64,000 nucleotides of DNA from an uncultured Planctomycetota bacterium. GTDB taxonomy: Bacteria > Planctomycetota > Planctomycetia > Isosphaerales > Isosphaeraceae. The position numbers and the translations under genes were made by a program. Below the pieces are notes generated by a model, which worked only from the letters and a program-made list of their open reading frames with translations, was not told the origin of the DNA and did no database searches. The stretch lies in contig CAVTTN010000002.1 in assembly GCA_963737655.1 (NCBI GenBank), positions 5,824,001-5,888,000 of the forward strand, written 5' to 3'. Shown one piece after another: positions 53,450 to 62,979 of the stretch. How positions within the stretch are numbered: position 1 is the first letter of the stretch; every line of letters begins with the position of its first letter.

Positions 53450-53564
53450 GGCGGAGAACACCCCGTCGTCGCGTCGTGCCTGAAACCTCCTATCATCACG
53501 TCGAAGCTCCCCCGATCAGGCTCGCAACACCGGTCGGGAGTGAACGGCGGGAGTCGATCGCGCC

Positions 53565-53930
53565 ATGGAGAATGCCTCGCACTACCGCGATGATCCCAGG
53601 CGATTAGAGGCCGCTGAGCTGTTGGGCACATTGTTCTCATCGGCTCCGCGTCCGGCGGCGGAAATCCTGACCATCGCGAGGAAGCTGGAGGGCCATGACG
53701 GGGTCGGGTTCTTCAAGTTGCCGGTCCCCTATTTCATCAAATCGAATGGTATCGTGCTTAAGTCCGGATTAAACTCGATGAGGGGCGCGGTGAGTTCGCT
53801 CATAGCCGATCTAGAGGCGATGGACCCAGCGGCACTCGTCGTCGTCGATATCGACGCCAGTGCCCTGGGCGGTGGCCTGGCACCTGAAGAGCCGGTGCCA
53901 CCCGACAGCCGACCGGACGCCTCTTCGTGA
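53565..53930 (+). CDS. Cassette gene: hypothetical protein
   Basis: 121-aa ORF between attC sites; its stop lies in element copy 2. Confidence 0.55.
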   Translation: MENASHYRDDPRRLEAAELLGTLFSSAPRPAAEILTIARKLEGHDGVGFFKLPVPYFIKSNGIVLKSGLNSMRGAVSSLIADLEAMDPAALVVVDIDASALGGGLAPEEPVPPDSRPDASS

Positions 53931-54302
53931 ACTCTTTGGCTGGGAACGGCCATCGACGCGCGACACTACCCCAACCCCAGGCTTTGTGGCCGGGCAGCGG
54001 CGAGGTCCGGGTAGCAAACCGACGGATTCAAGAGCGGCGGACGAGGCGCGGGCCGAGAGGGGAGTCGGTTACGCTTGCAGTCTCTTCGACGGGAACATCC
54101 CCGCGAGTCGGCTCGCGGGGCGTCGCCAATGACCGGATCACGACCTCTCGGGCCAGGCTAACCTACGGGCAGGGAGCACCAAGGTGGAGACGGCCGGGAG
54201 GCCCGCGCCACACTCAGGCTACGCCGCGCCGGGTCGGCGGGCAAGTCGTCCCCGACCCCCGTTCACGCCCCGTCGGGAGCGGACGAAGGCCGCAGGATGG
54301 TT
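53923..54302 (+). mobile_element. 380-bp attC-inserted element, copy 2
   Basis: Same sequence and GCCT|AAC junctions as copy 1. Confidence 0.9.
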
Positions 54303-54398
54303 AACCTCGCGCTGCAGCGGACCCCGCACCGCCGCGGCGCCTTCTCTGTTATCCTGCCCCTCTCGGCGGTGCGGGTCCGCTGAGCTTAGGTGTTAGGC
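54303..54398 (+). other. attC site 2
   Basis: Same stem with a different loop; GTTAGGC at 54392-54398. Confidence 0.88.
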
Positions 54399-54450
54399 GG
54401 CTCCAAAGAACCTCTGGCGTTATCGCCACCCTCGAAGTGGAGATTCAGCG

Positions 54451-55125
54451 ATGAGGAATCGAACAACGTCGCTATTTGTCAGTCTGGTCGTGATGGCCTC
54501 AGCCAGTGGCGCCAAGGGCGACCTACTTATCAACCCAGGGGCCGAGACGGGCGACCTGACCGGCTGGACCAAGGGCGGGGTCTCGAACCCGTTCGTCGAC
54601 AACGGGTCCTTCGACCCGGGCATCAATCCTCACTCCGGTCGCTTCGATTTCGTCGGCGGCACGGGCGCGTTCGGGACGCTCACCCAGAACGTCTCCTTGG
54701 CCGGCGCTCCGGGAGTTACCGACGCCCAGATCGATAGCGGGATCGTCTCTGCTCAGGTATCCTTCTGGGAGCAGGGACTCAACCAAGGCCCCACCAGCGA
54801 TAACGGCTTCGTCTCGCTCACCTTCCGTGACGCGAACAACTCGGTGTTGGGCACCGTCTCTACTCCAGTGATCGATTCTCACGACCTGACCTGGGAGAAC
54901 TTCACCGGGAGCTTCGCGGTCCTGGCTGGCACTCGTTCTATCGATTACACGATGAACTTCACGCGCCATGTCGGCAGCGATAACGATGCATTTTTCGACG
55001 ACAACAGCCTCACGGTCTCGGTTAATTCCGTGCCGGAGCCGACCAGTCTCTTTATGTTGGGGTCCGGTGCTCTGGCGGTTCTCGGCTACGCCCGGCGGCG
55101 AAGGGTGCAGACCGCCTCTTCGTGA
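54451..55125 (+). CDS. Cassette gene: PEP-CTERM surface protein
   Basis: Signal peptide, LLINPGAETGDLTGW and VPEPTSLFMLGSG..RRRR; stop supplied by element copy 3. Confidence 0.9.
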   Translation: MRNRTTSLFVSLVVMASASGAKGDLLINPGAETGDLTGWTKGGVSNPFVDNGSFDPGINPHSGRFDFVGGTGAFGTLTQNVSLAGAPGVTDAQIDSGIVSAQVSFWEQGLNQGPTSDNGFVSLTFRDANNSVLGTVSTPVIDSHDLTWENFTGSFAVLAGTRSIDYTMNFTRHVGSDNDAFFDDNSLTVSVNSVPEPTSLFMLGSGALAVLGYARRRRVQTASS

Positions 55126-55497
55126 ACTCTTTGGCTGGGAACGGCCATCGACGCGCGACACTACCCCAACCCCAGGCTTTGTGGCCGGGCAGCGGCGAGG
55201 TCCGGGTAGCAAACCGACGGATTCAAGAGCGGCGGACGAGGCGCGGGCCGAGAGGGGAGTCGGTTACGCTTGCAGTCTCTTCGACGGGAACATCCCCGCG
55301 AGTCGGCTCGCGGGGCGTCGCCAATGACCGGATCACGACCTCTCGGGCCAGGCTAACCTACGGGCAGGGAGCACCAAGGTGGAGACGGCCGGGAGGCCCG
55401 CGCCACACTCAGGCTACGCCGCGCCGGGTCGGCGGGCAAGTCGTCCCCGACCCCCGTTCACGCCCCGTCGGGAGCGGACGAAGGCCGCAGGATGGTT
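55118..55497 (+). mobile_element. 380-bp attC-inserted element, copy 3
   Basis: Same sequence and junctions as copy 1. Confidence 0.9.
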
Positions 55498-55593
55498 AAC
55501 CTCGCGCTGCAGCGGACCCCGCACCGCCGCGGCGCTCACTCTGCTATCATGGCTCACTCGGCGGTGCGGGTCCGCTGAGCTTTGTTGTTAGGC
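55498..55593 (+). other. attC site 3
   Basis: Hairpin ending in GTTAGGC at 55587-55593. Confidence 0.88.
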
Positions 55594-55615
55594 GGCGGGG
55601 TTAGGGGGGTCGTCG

Positions 55616-55981
55616 ATGCATGCGGGTCACCCCGAACCGACGGAGCGTTGGGGAGCGGTCCCCGAGTGGTACGCCGCTTTCGCTTCGGAGCGGCACTGGG
55701 AGTTTCTCACTCCCATGGTCGGCTTCACGCGATGGGTCGGCTCCTTGCCCATCGCCGCTATGCTGTATCCGCACACATCGCACGAATACCTTTGCGTGCA
55801 ACTGCGGCCCGGGCATCTTCCCGACGAGCCATTGGTCTTCGCATGCGTGCGCCCCGACGGTCAGTTCGAGTGCGGGCTCCAAGGGTGCAAGGGACAACTT
55901 CTGTCGTGTCGTACCAGCCCGATCGAGTCGGCTCACGATGCGTTCGCTTCGGCCCTCATCGGGTTGGGCCTCGTGGCCTGA
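55616..55981 (+). CDS. Cassette gene: hypothetical protein
   Basis: 121-aa ORF filling the space between attC 3 and the next R'' box. Confidence 0.55.
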   Translation: MHAGHPEPTERWGAVPEWYAAFASERHWEFLTPMVGFTRWVGSLPIAAMLYPHTSHEYLCVQLRPGHLPDEPLVFACVRPDGQFECGLQGCKGQLLSCRTSPIESAHDAFASALIGLGLVA

Positions 55982-56008
55982 TCCACCCGGCATCGGTCGA
56001 CGCCGCCT

Positions 56009-56388
56009 CTTCGTGAACTCTTTGGCTTGGAACGGCCATCGACGCGCGACACTACCCCAACCCCAGGCTTTGTGGCCGGGCAGCGGCGAGGTCCGGGTAG
56101 CAAACCGACGGATTCAAGAGCGGCGGACGAGGCGCGGGCCGAGAGGGGAGTCGGTTACGCTTGCAGTCTCTTCGACGGGAACATCCCCGCGAGTCGGCTC
56201 GCGGGGCGTCGCCAATGACCGGATCACGACCTCTCGGGCCAGGCTAACCTACGGGCAGGGAGCACCAAGGTGGAGACGGCCGGGAGGCCCGCGCCACACT
56301 CAGGCTACGCCGCGCCGGGTCGGCGGGCAAGTCGTCCCCGACCCCCGTTCACGCCCCGTCGGGAGCGGACGAAGGCCGCAGGATGGTT
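56009..56388 (+). mobile_element. 380-bp attC-inserted element, copy 4
   Basis: Same junctions; one substitution (GGCTTGGAAC vs GGCTGGGAAC). Confidence 0.9.
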
Positions 56389-56484
56389 AACCTCGCGCTG
56401 CAGCGGACCCGGCCCGCCGCGGCGCTTTCTGGTAATATCAAGGTCAATCTCGGCGGGCCGGTCCGCTGAGCTTTGTCGTTAGGC
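56389..56484 (+). other. attC site 4
   Basis: Stem variant CCCGGCCCGCCG/CGGCGGGCCGGG with compensatory changes; GTTAGGC at 56478-56484. Confidence 0.88.
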
Positions 56485-56501
56485 GGCGGAGGGCTACGGA
56501 G

Positions 56502-57398
56502 TTGAAGCGTGAAGCGCGACTCAACGAGACTATAGACGCAATCCTTGAGGATTTCATTGCGATCGGGTCGCCTCGTGCTGGTGCGCTGCTCAGCAACGAT
56601 GCTGATCCTGAATTCATCCGGGGTGTTCAGGCTGCGATTGTTTCGCTTGAAATGGGAATTTCATTATCTTATGCTGAAAAGCGATACGTCCCACCAGCAG
56701 GCCCAATCGTCCTCCCAAAACGGTACATCTTGTTTCAAGGCGCTTATCGTACCGCCGTTGATCATGTTAGTCGCATAAAGAAAAAGTGGAGACAGCGACC
56801 CGATGAGGAGCAGATTTGCAGTGTTGGCGGTATCGTGTTCTCAAATGTTGCTCTTCGGCGAGTGGAGGGCACCTTCCGCGCGGCGGGTCTATTGTTTCGA
56901 ATAGGATATATGCTCGAAGCCCGAGCAGTTGCACGAACTATTTTGGAACAAGTAGCGTGGTCTTATGCAGTCCGCGACATTATTGATTTTGATCAAGCAT
57001 CTAAATTGAGTCCTACAAAATGTATTTCGGAGTTAAAGAAATTGCTGCCTTACGTTGGGCGGCTTTATGGGGATTTAAGTGAAGAGACGCACCTAGGGTT
57101 GGAAGAGCATGGTCGCTTCCTGCGTATTGAGGGAAATACCTCGAAAGTGCTTTTTTGTCATGGCGAAGATAGTTGGGAGAGCGGGCTAGTTTTGTTGAAT
57201 TTGGCAGACATCTGGGCTGTTGTCTTTGAATGCTCCCAGCGAGCATTCGTGTTGCAGCCGGAATGCTGGTCCGCGAAAATCAACGGCTTCGAGCTCAACA
57301 AAGATCGCCCTATGGTCAAGACCATCGAAGAATACTACGCCGACGCCGATGGAATAGCTGAGATGGCGGCCGATCTCAGGGATAATGCGGACGCCTAA
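56502..57398 (+). CDS. Cassette gene: low-GC hypothetical protein (DUF5677-like motifs)
   Basis: 298 aa; ARAVARTILE and LYGDLSEETH; stop TAA lies within GCCTAA (R'' remnant). Confidence 0.75.
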   Translation: MKREARLNETIDAILEDFIAIGSPRAGALLSNDADPEFIRGVQAAIVSLEMGISLSYAEKRYVPPAGPIVLPKRYILFQGAYRTAVDHVSRIKKKWRQRPDEEQICSVGGIVFSNVALRRVEGTFRAAGLLFRIGYMLEARAVARTILEQVAWSYAVRDIIDFDQASKLSPTKCISELKKLLPYVGRLYGDLSEETHLGLEEHGRFLRIEGNTSKVLFCHGEDSWESGLVLLNLADIWAVVFECSQRAFVLQPECWSAKINGFELNKDRPMVKTIEEYYADADGIAEMAADLRDNADA

Positions 57399-57787
57399 AG
57401 GCGGAAAAGGGGACGAAGGCGGAAAAGGGGACGGAGGGAATTAGGGGCGGAAAAGGCGGAAAAGGGGACGGAGGGAATTAGGGGCGGAAAAGGGGTCAGG
57501 AGCCGAAAACGGGTTTATTTAGGCGCAGTTTCGGCTCCTGACCCCTTTTCCGCCCTCGTTTTCGGCTCCTGACCCCTTTTCCGCCTTTGACCCCTTTTCC
57601 GCCTTGACCCCTTTTCCGCCTCCCCGCAAATCCGGGGATTCTGCGCCACTTTCGATGTCTACTTCATGTGGGGCGGAAAAGGGGACGGTGGGAATAAACA
57701 AGATTAATACAACCTATTTATTCCCTCCGTCCCCTTTTCCGCCCCCCCGTCCCCTTTTCCGCCCCCCGTCCCCTTTTCCGCCCCCCG
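57399..57787. repeat. Cluster of GGCGGAAAAGGGG(AC/TC) direct and inverted repeats
   Basis: More than 10 units in both orientations, including the palindrome AAAAGGGGTCAGGAGCCGAAA..TTTCGGCTCCTGACCCCTTTT. Confidence 0.9.
57623..57669 (+). other. Truncated third attI-like fragment
   Basis: CCCGCAAATCCGGGGATTCTGCGCCACTTTCGATGTCTACTTCATGT matches 60857-60903 and stops inside the GTT core. Confidence 0.75.
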
Positions 57788-57850
57788 AAGGATGCTGTTG
57801 CGATTGAGTACGAGCAACGCTTTATCGATTCGTGCAGTTGAGCCGAGCGA

Positions 57851-59815
57851 TTACTCACCCCGGGAACCACCCGGCGCCCAGTTTCCGGCGAATTTGCCGG
57901 CCCGCAAGTCCGGCAACAACTTCAGGATGCAGTCTCCCGGGATGACCATACCTCCGTGCGGACCGGGCCTGGCGATCGTGACCCCGATCGCACGCCCGGT
58001 GAGATCTACGATGGGACCCCCGCACTCGTAGGTAAAGAACGGCACGGCGCACTCGATCACCGTGGGAAAGTCGTCCGCCCGATAGTTGGTGTCGCCGTAA
58101 CGCGTTTCCGGCGCCAGGGGGAGCAACAGATCCATCATCGTGCCGCCCCTCTCGAGGCGGACCGGCACGACGTCCCCTGCCCGTCGGTGCTTGACCGCTT
58201 CCAGGACGTCGGCTTCGGCCTGAACTGAGCGGCCGTCGATGCTACGCAGGAGATCGTGTGGCTTGATGCCGGCGGAATCGGCCAGGCCGAAGGCACCCGT
58301 AACGCGATAGACGGTCGCTCGGGGTAGGCCGAACGCGGCTCGCAGCGAGTAACCACCGATCGGCCGCGGGATTCCGTGGATTTTCGGGCGCCCGGCGGGT
58401 ATCCGCAACGGCAGGGTCTCGGTCGGACGGACCGGCGCAGCGAGATCGCGACGCGGTACGCTGACCACGCCGACGGCCAGCGGCTGCTCGGTGCCGACGG
58501 CCGTCAGGAGCGTCCCGAGCGGGGGATCGAAGTCATCGGCCCACCGCACCGGCTCCAGGCCCGACGCCGGCACCGTGAGCAAGGCCAGGTCGAATGCCGG
58601 GTCGACGCCGGCGACCCGTGCGGACACGACCTTGCCATCCGGGAGGCGGCACGTCGGCCGGTTGGGCAGTTCACTCGCCTTCGTGACCACCCATCCGTCG
58701 GCGGCGACGACCGTGCCCAGGGCGACGGCGACCCCCTCGTTCAGCACGACGACTACGCTGGGGCGAGTCGGCTCCGCGATCGACCGGTATCGAGCCAACG
58801 TCGCGGAGCCCTGGGAGTAGTCCGCCTGTTGGAGACGTGCGCTGGCAAGAAATTCGCCGTCGGTCCTGGCGACGCCCCCTTTGCCGGGCGGAGAGATCTC
58901 TCCGCTTCGCATCGTGTCCATCAGGGAGTCGATGAGCTTGCTCCCCGCGACTTGCCACAGGCCGAATCCGCCGCGACGCTGGAAGCCGGCGTCAAGATCA
59001 CGCCCGAGCGCCAGCCGTCCGTCGTTGCGATGCACGATCCCCAGCAACTTTCCGTCGAGGTCGAAGAAAGGGCCGCCCGAGTCGCCGCCGGCCACCATGC
59101 AATCAGTGGCAAAAAATTCCGCCGTCCCGCCGATCACGCGGCCGAGGCGCACGGGAGCGGATCGGTCCTTGCGGTATCCGAGCGGGTGGCCGATCTTGAG
59201 GACCCAGTCGCCCGCCTCGACCGGGGCCGTGGCGCTGAGCGGCACGTGCGGGTACGGACCGGGCTCGAGCAACCGCAGGAGAGAGAGGTCATAATCGCGA
59301 TTCGCGCCCAGCAGTTCGGCGGGGCACTCGCTGCCGTCGTGGAGGATGACCGTCGTCCTCTCGCCCGCCTTGCCGGACGGCCTGTCCGCCTGATTCGCCG
59401 CGTGGTGTCCATCCTCGGAAGGCTTCTCGTGGCTGACGTGCCACTGCGACAGGACGACCCCGTCGGCGGTGATGATCACCCCGGAGGCATGGTCCTGGTG
59501 TCGCCCCACCTTCGATGGCTTCTTGTAGGGATTCTTCACGGCAACGACGGACGGGAGAACCGCCCGGGCCGACCTGCGGACCCGTTCCTCCAGTTGCGTG
59601 AGGTCGCCCGCCTCACGCCGGACGGTCGGACCGACGCCGCGGTCGTATCCGACCACATCGTCCGCCTGGTCCGGCAAGTAAGTCATCCAGAGACGGATGG
59701 CCAGCCAGCCAGAGAAGACGGCGATGATGAACAATGAGATATAAGAAACTCGCGTTCGCCAGGTGCGACGGGAGCCGACGGCGGTGGTTGCGGGCCAGGC
59801 GGGCACCATTCGCAT
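57851..59815 (-). CDS. Trypsin-like serine protease with two protease-like domains and PDZ
   Basis: ASGVII..WHV, DLSLL and GGDSGGP; the second domain ends ECGGP (no Ser); N-terminal TM. Confidence 0.85.
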   Translation of the reverse strand: MRMVPAWPATTAVGSRRTWRTRVSYISLFIIAVFSGWLAIRLWMTYLPDQADDVVGYDRGVGPTVRREAGDLTQLEERVRRSARAVLPSVVAVKNPYKKPSKVGRHQDHASGVIITADGVVLSQWHVSHEKPSEDGHHAANQADRPSGKAGERTTVILHDGSECPAELLGANRDYDLSLLRLLEPGPYPHVPLSATAPVEAGDWVLKIGHPLGYRKDRSAPVRLGRVIGGTAEFFATDCMVAGGDSGGPFFDLDGKLLGIVHRNDGRLALGRDLDAGFQRRGGFGLWQVAGSKLIDSLMDTMRSGEISPPGKGGVARTDGEFLASARLQQADYSQGSATLARYRSIAEPTRPSVVVVLNEGVAVALGTVVAADGWVVTKASELPNRPTCRLPDGKVVSARVAGVDPAFDLALLTVPASGLEPVRWADDFDPPLGTLLTAVGTEQPLAVGVVSVPRRDLAAPVRPTETLPLRIPAGRPKIHGIPRPIGGYSLRAAFGLPRATVYRVTGAFGLADSAGIKPHDLLRSIDGRSVQAEADVLEAVKHRRAGDVVPVRLERGGTMMDLLLPLAPETRYGDTNYRADDFPTVIECAVPFFTYECGGPIVDLTGRAIGVTIARPGPHGGMVIPGDCILKLLPDLRAGKFAGNWAPGGSRGE

Positions 59816-59945
59816 CGGGGCATCTCCTCCGGGGAGGCCGTCGCCATCCGATTAAAGTCACTGGCCATAGGCTTGACGTGGGACGACGCTCGATTCTACC
59901 GGAATTCTACAATTGTCGGAATGCTCTCCTCCCAACCGAGTGAGG

Positions 59946-60252
59946 TCAGGTGTCGTAGGCCCCGCTCATGTTCAGCAGCCGGAGGATGCGACGTTGCAGG
60001 CGGCTCAACTTCGTAGTCAAGACCACCGCCGGGCGCCGGCCCGCTGACAACTCATGCCGCTGCACCTCCTCGAACAGGTCGATCACTTTCCGCGCCGTCG
60101 GCCGCCGACACGCTCGACCCTCCGGGTACAACGGCAGGCTCTCGATCCCCGCGCTTCCCATCGCTCGTCTCAGCTCCCGCTCCAGGAGCGACTCCACCAG
60201 CAAAGCCCAGAAAAAGACGCAGAGCAACGCCTGAATCCGGCTCACCTCCTTC
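59946..60252 (-). mobile_element. IS1634-like transposase C-terminal fragment
   Basis: LKEVSRIQALLCVFFWALLVESLLERELR..LPLYPEGR..RPTARKVIDLF..LSRLQRRILRLL; the 5' part is replaced by the GGCGGAAAGGGGG repeats. Confidence 0.75.
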
Positions 60253-60444
60253 AGGCGGAAAGGGGGACGAGGCGGAAAGGGGGACGCGAGGCGGAAAGGG
60301 GGACGGAGGGAATTATGAGCTTTCCGAGCCACTGAAGGCCGCCTCCCCGTGGGGACGGAAAAGGGGTCAGGGGACGGAAAAGGGGTCAGGAGCCGAAAAT
60401 GGATTTATTTAGGCCCATTTTCGGCTCCTGACCCCTTTTCCGCC
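60253..60444. repeat. GGCGGAAA(A/G)GGGG repeat cluster and palindrome
   Basis: Same family as 57399-57787; 60293-60350 is nearly duplicated at 62051-62113. Confidence 0.85.
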
Positions 60445-60448
60445 CAAA

Positions 60449-60908
60449 GAATCCTGCGAGGCCCCCTGCGCTCCGGGGGACGACCCGATCGAGACGCAAC
60501 CGAGGAGGCCGCGACGATCGTCCATTAGAACGAATCTACAGGTACAGAAAGAATCAAATATCGATTACGTCGGCCCCGAACCGGTGGGTCGGCAAGGTCC
60601 CCCGATCTCCGAATTCGGGGTAACCCAGCTCGCACGTTGCCCCAGTTTTCTGATTTCCCGGCGGAGCACGCGGCGAGGATAACCCAGAGCACCCAGAACG
60701 CCAGGAAGGAACCGGACCACCGGCCGGATCGAATCCAGGAGGAAAAAATCCAAGAAATCCCTTGCGAGGCGAGTTCCCCGCCGGCAAAATCAAAATCCGC
60801 CTCAGGATTATACGTGCTAAACGACGTGATAAGTCACGTCGTTTAGCACGTATAATCCCGCAAATTCGGGGATTCTGCGTCACTTTCGATGTCTGCTTCA
60901 TGTTAGGC
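60449..60908 (+). other. attI-like leader of cassette array 2
   Basis: Homologous to 51938-52332 and ends GATGTCTGCTTCAT-GTTAGGC (60902-60908); contains a 25-bp perfect inverted repeat at 60805-60858. Confidence 0.7.
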
Positions 60909-61033
60909 GGGCTTCGACTCGAACGACCGGACTGCCCGGCGCAGCCGGCACCGGTCGGGAAGTGTCGCAACCCAGGGGACCTCGGTAGAATCGATCGAGG
61001 TCGGTCGGCGATCTTCGAATCCCGGGGAGGGGC

Positions 61034-62044
61034 GTGATGGGAGTGTCGCACCCGATGAAACGGATCGTCCAGACATCCACGATGGTCGCATTGCTGGCCG
61101 TGGCCGGTAGGCCGGCTCGGGCCGACATGGCGACCTACGCATTCGCGCTCAACAACGCGGGGGTGACCGTCGGTGCCTATTACGACGAATCGAGCACCGT
61201 CCCCTACTATGGTCACGGCTTCCTCTATTCCGGCGGCCAGTACACGACTCTCGACGACCCCCTGGCGGCCTACGGCACGGAGGCGACCTCGATCAACAAC
61301 TCCGGTCAGGTTGTGGGAAATTATTTTGATGGCTCTGGCAAGTCACAGGACTTCCTCTATTCGGGGGGGATGTTCACCACGCTCAACCTCCCCTTCGGGA
61401 CGATCCGGAGCACCCAGGCGCTGGGGATCAACGACTCCTCGGCGATCGTGGGCTACTACGAAGACGGCTCGCGGGTCTATCACGGCTTCCTCTCCTCCGG
61501 GGGGGCCTATTCCACGATCGACGTCCCCGGCGCGAGCTTCACGGTCACGGCCGGGATCAACAACGCCGGCCAGATCGTGGGCAGTTTCGACGACGCCACC
61601 GGGGGCCACGGCTTCCTTTACTCCGGCGGGATCTTCACCGCGCTGGACGACCCCTTAGGAGTGAACGGCACGGTCGCTTCGGGGATCAATAATCTGGGCC
61701 AGATCGTCGGCTACTACACGGACAGCTCGAACAAGGCCCACGGCTTCATCGAGTCGGGCGGCCAGTACACCACGATTGACTATCCCGGCGGAATCAACGG
61801 CTCGTTCGCGAATGGGATCAACGACTCCGGATCGGTCGCCGGCTATTTCTACGACGACACGAACGGATTTCTGTATGCCAACGGGTCGTTTACCGTGCTC
61901 TCGGTGCCGGAGCCGTCGTCGCTCTTGCATTTCATGACCGCGTCGCTGGTCGGTCTCGGCGGGCTGATCCATCGTGGCCTGGCGGGACGCGGAAAAGGGG
62001 ACGGCGGAAATTGTGGGCCTGCCGAGTCGCCGAAGATCGCCTAA
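61034..62044 (+). CDS. Cassette gene: PEP-CTERM protein with HAF-like extracellular repeats
   Basis: Repeats GINNxGQIVGYY..HGFLYSGG and VPEPSSL; stop TAA lies within an intact GCCTAAC. Confidence 0.88.
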   Translation: MMGVSHPMKRIVQTSTMVALLAVAGRPARADMATYAFALNNAGVTVGAYYDESSTVPYYGHGFLYSGGQYTTLDDPLAAYGTEATSINNSGQVVGNYFDGSGKSQDFLYSGGMFTTLNLPFGTIRSTQALGINDSSAIVGYYEDGSRVYHGFLSSGGAYSTIDVPGASFTVTAGINNAGQIVGSFDDATGGHGFLYSGGIFTALDDPLGVNGTVASGINNLGQIVGYYTDSSNKAHGFIESGGQYTTIDYPGGINGSFANGINDSGSVAGYFYDDTNGFLYANGSFTVLSVPEPSSLLHFMTASLVGLGGLIHRGLAGRGKGDGGNCGPAESPKIA

Positions 62045-62049
62045 CCTCG
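62039..62049 (+). other. Uninterrupted attC start (empty target site), truncated by a repeat
   Basis: GCCTAACCTCG equals the left flank plus right flank of the five element insertions; followed by AGGCGGAAAAGGGGAC. Confidence 0.8.
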
Positions 62050-62201
62050 AGGCGGAAAAGGGGACGGAGGGAATTCTGAGCTTTCCGAGCCACTGAAGGC
62101 CGCCCCCACGGGGAGGCGACCTCTGCATGGCGCTTCCCTCGGCCGGGCGCTTCGTCTAGAGTGATCCCGACTCGGGGGCGGTCCGCAGACGAGAGGAACC
62201 C

Positions 62202-62588
62202 ATGCCCTTATTCGATGACGCCCCTCCCACGGACCATGCCGGCGGAGGCGGGAGCCGCTTCGATCCCATCAAAGTGCGGACTCGGCCGGCCTCCCGCCAG
62301 GAGCGGTATGTGAGCGGGGTCCTCCTGGCGTTCGGCTCGCTCGCCCTGTCGATGTGCGTTCAACAGACGTGGGCCCACGACTTCCGGGCCCCGAACAGCG
62401 GCTGGCGGCTATTCGGGATGTACCTGGTCCCGGCCGTCCTCTTTGCCCTCGCCCTCCATCAGAGGAGGGCCCGCCGCGTGATCGGGTCTGTTTCGGAGGA
62501 GGAGGGGGATGGCGACGGGAGGCGAGGAAAGGGGTCAGGAGCGAGGCGAGGAAAGGGGTCAGGAGCCGATTTTGGCGGGCGGGTCTGA
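62202..62588 (+). CDS. Hypothetical membrane protein; C-terminus runs into repeats
   Basis: RBS GAGGA and two TM segments; the tail is encoded by GAAAGGGGTCAGGAG repeats (62520-62615). Confidence 0.55.
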   Translation: MPLFDDAPPTDHAGGGGSRFDPIKVRTRPASRQERYVSGVLLAFGSLALSMCVQQTWAHDFRAPNSGWRLFGMYLVPAVLFALALHQRRARRVIGSVSEEEGDGDGRRGKGSGARRGKGSGADFGGRV

Positions 62589-62666
62589 GAATCGGCTCCT
62601 GACCCCTTTCCGCCTCCCGGGCGGCGGAAGACAGGTTACGTCCATTCCGATCTTGGAGGTTAGAAC

Positions 62667-62897
62667 ATGAGCGCGGAACCAACTCGGTGTACCAAGTGCA
62701 ACGGCGAGATGGAGCAGGGGTTCCTCTTCGAGTCCGAGGGTCACAGTCTCGACACCTGGGTCGAGGGGACGCCGGAGAAGTCTTGGTGGGGGGGCGCGAA
62801 GGTTCCGAAGGAAAAGCGCATGCCGGTGGGCACCTTCCGGTGTTCGGTGTGCGGATTCTTGGAATCCTATGCGCGGCCAGAGTTCGGCACGAATTAA
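62667..62897 (+). CDS. Small zinc-ribbon protein (DUF6487/PF20097-like)
   Basis: CTKCNGEMEQGF..W..G.P..TFRCSVCGFLESYA; RBS GGAGGT. Confidence 0.75.
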   Translation: MSAEPTRCTKCNGEMEQGFLFESEGHSLDTWVEGTPEKSWWGGAKVPKEKRMPVGTFRCSVCGFLESYARPEFGTN

Positions 62898-62979
62898 CGC
62901 CGCATCGCCCGTAGAGAGACAAATGGGGTCAGTTCAATAGGTCGGCCCAGTTACCCATTCAGGCCGGGCCGAGACGCCT

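Noticed and set aside
53927..54396. Repeated ORFs in the element (MNSLAGNGH.., METAGRP.., MLPGPRR..)
   Set aside because: Arg/Pro-rich GC shadow ORFs with variable ends and no recognisable domain; they repeat only because the DNA is identical.
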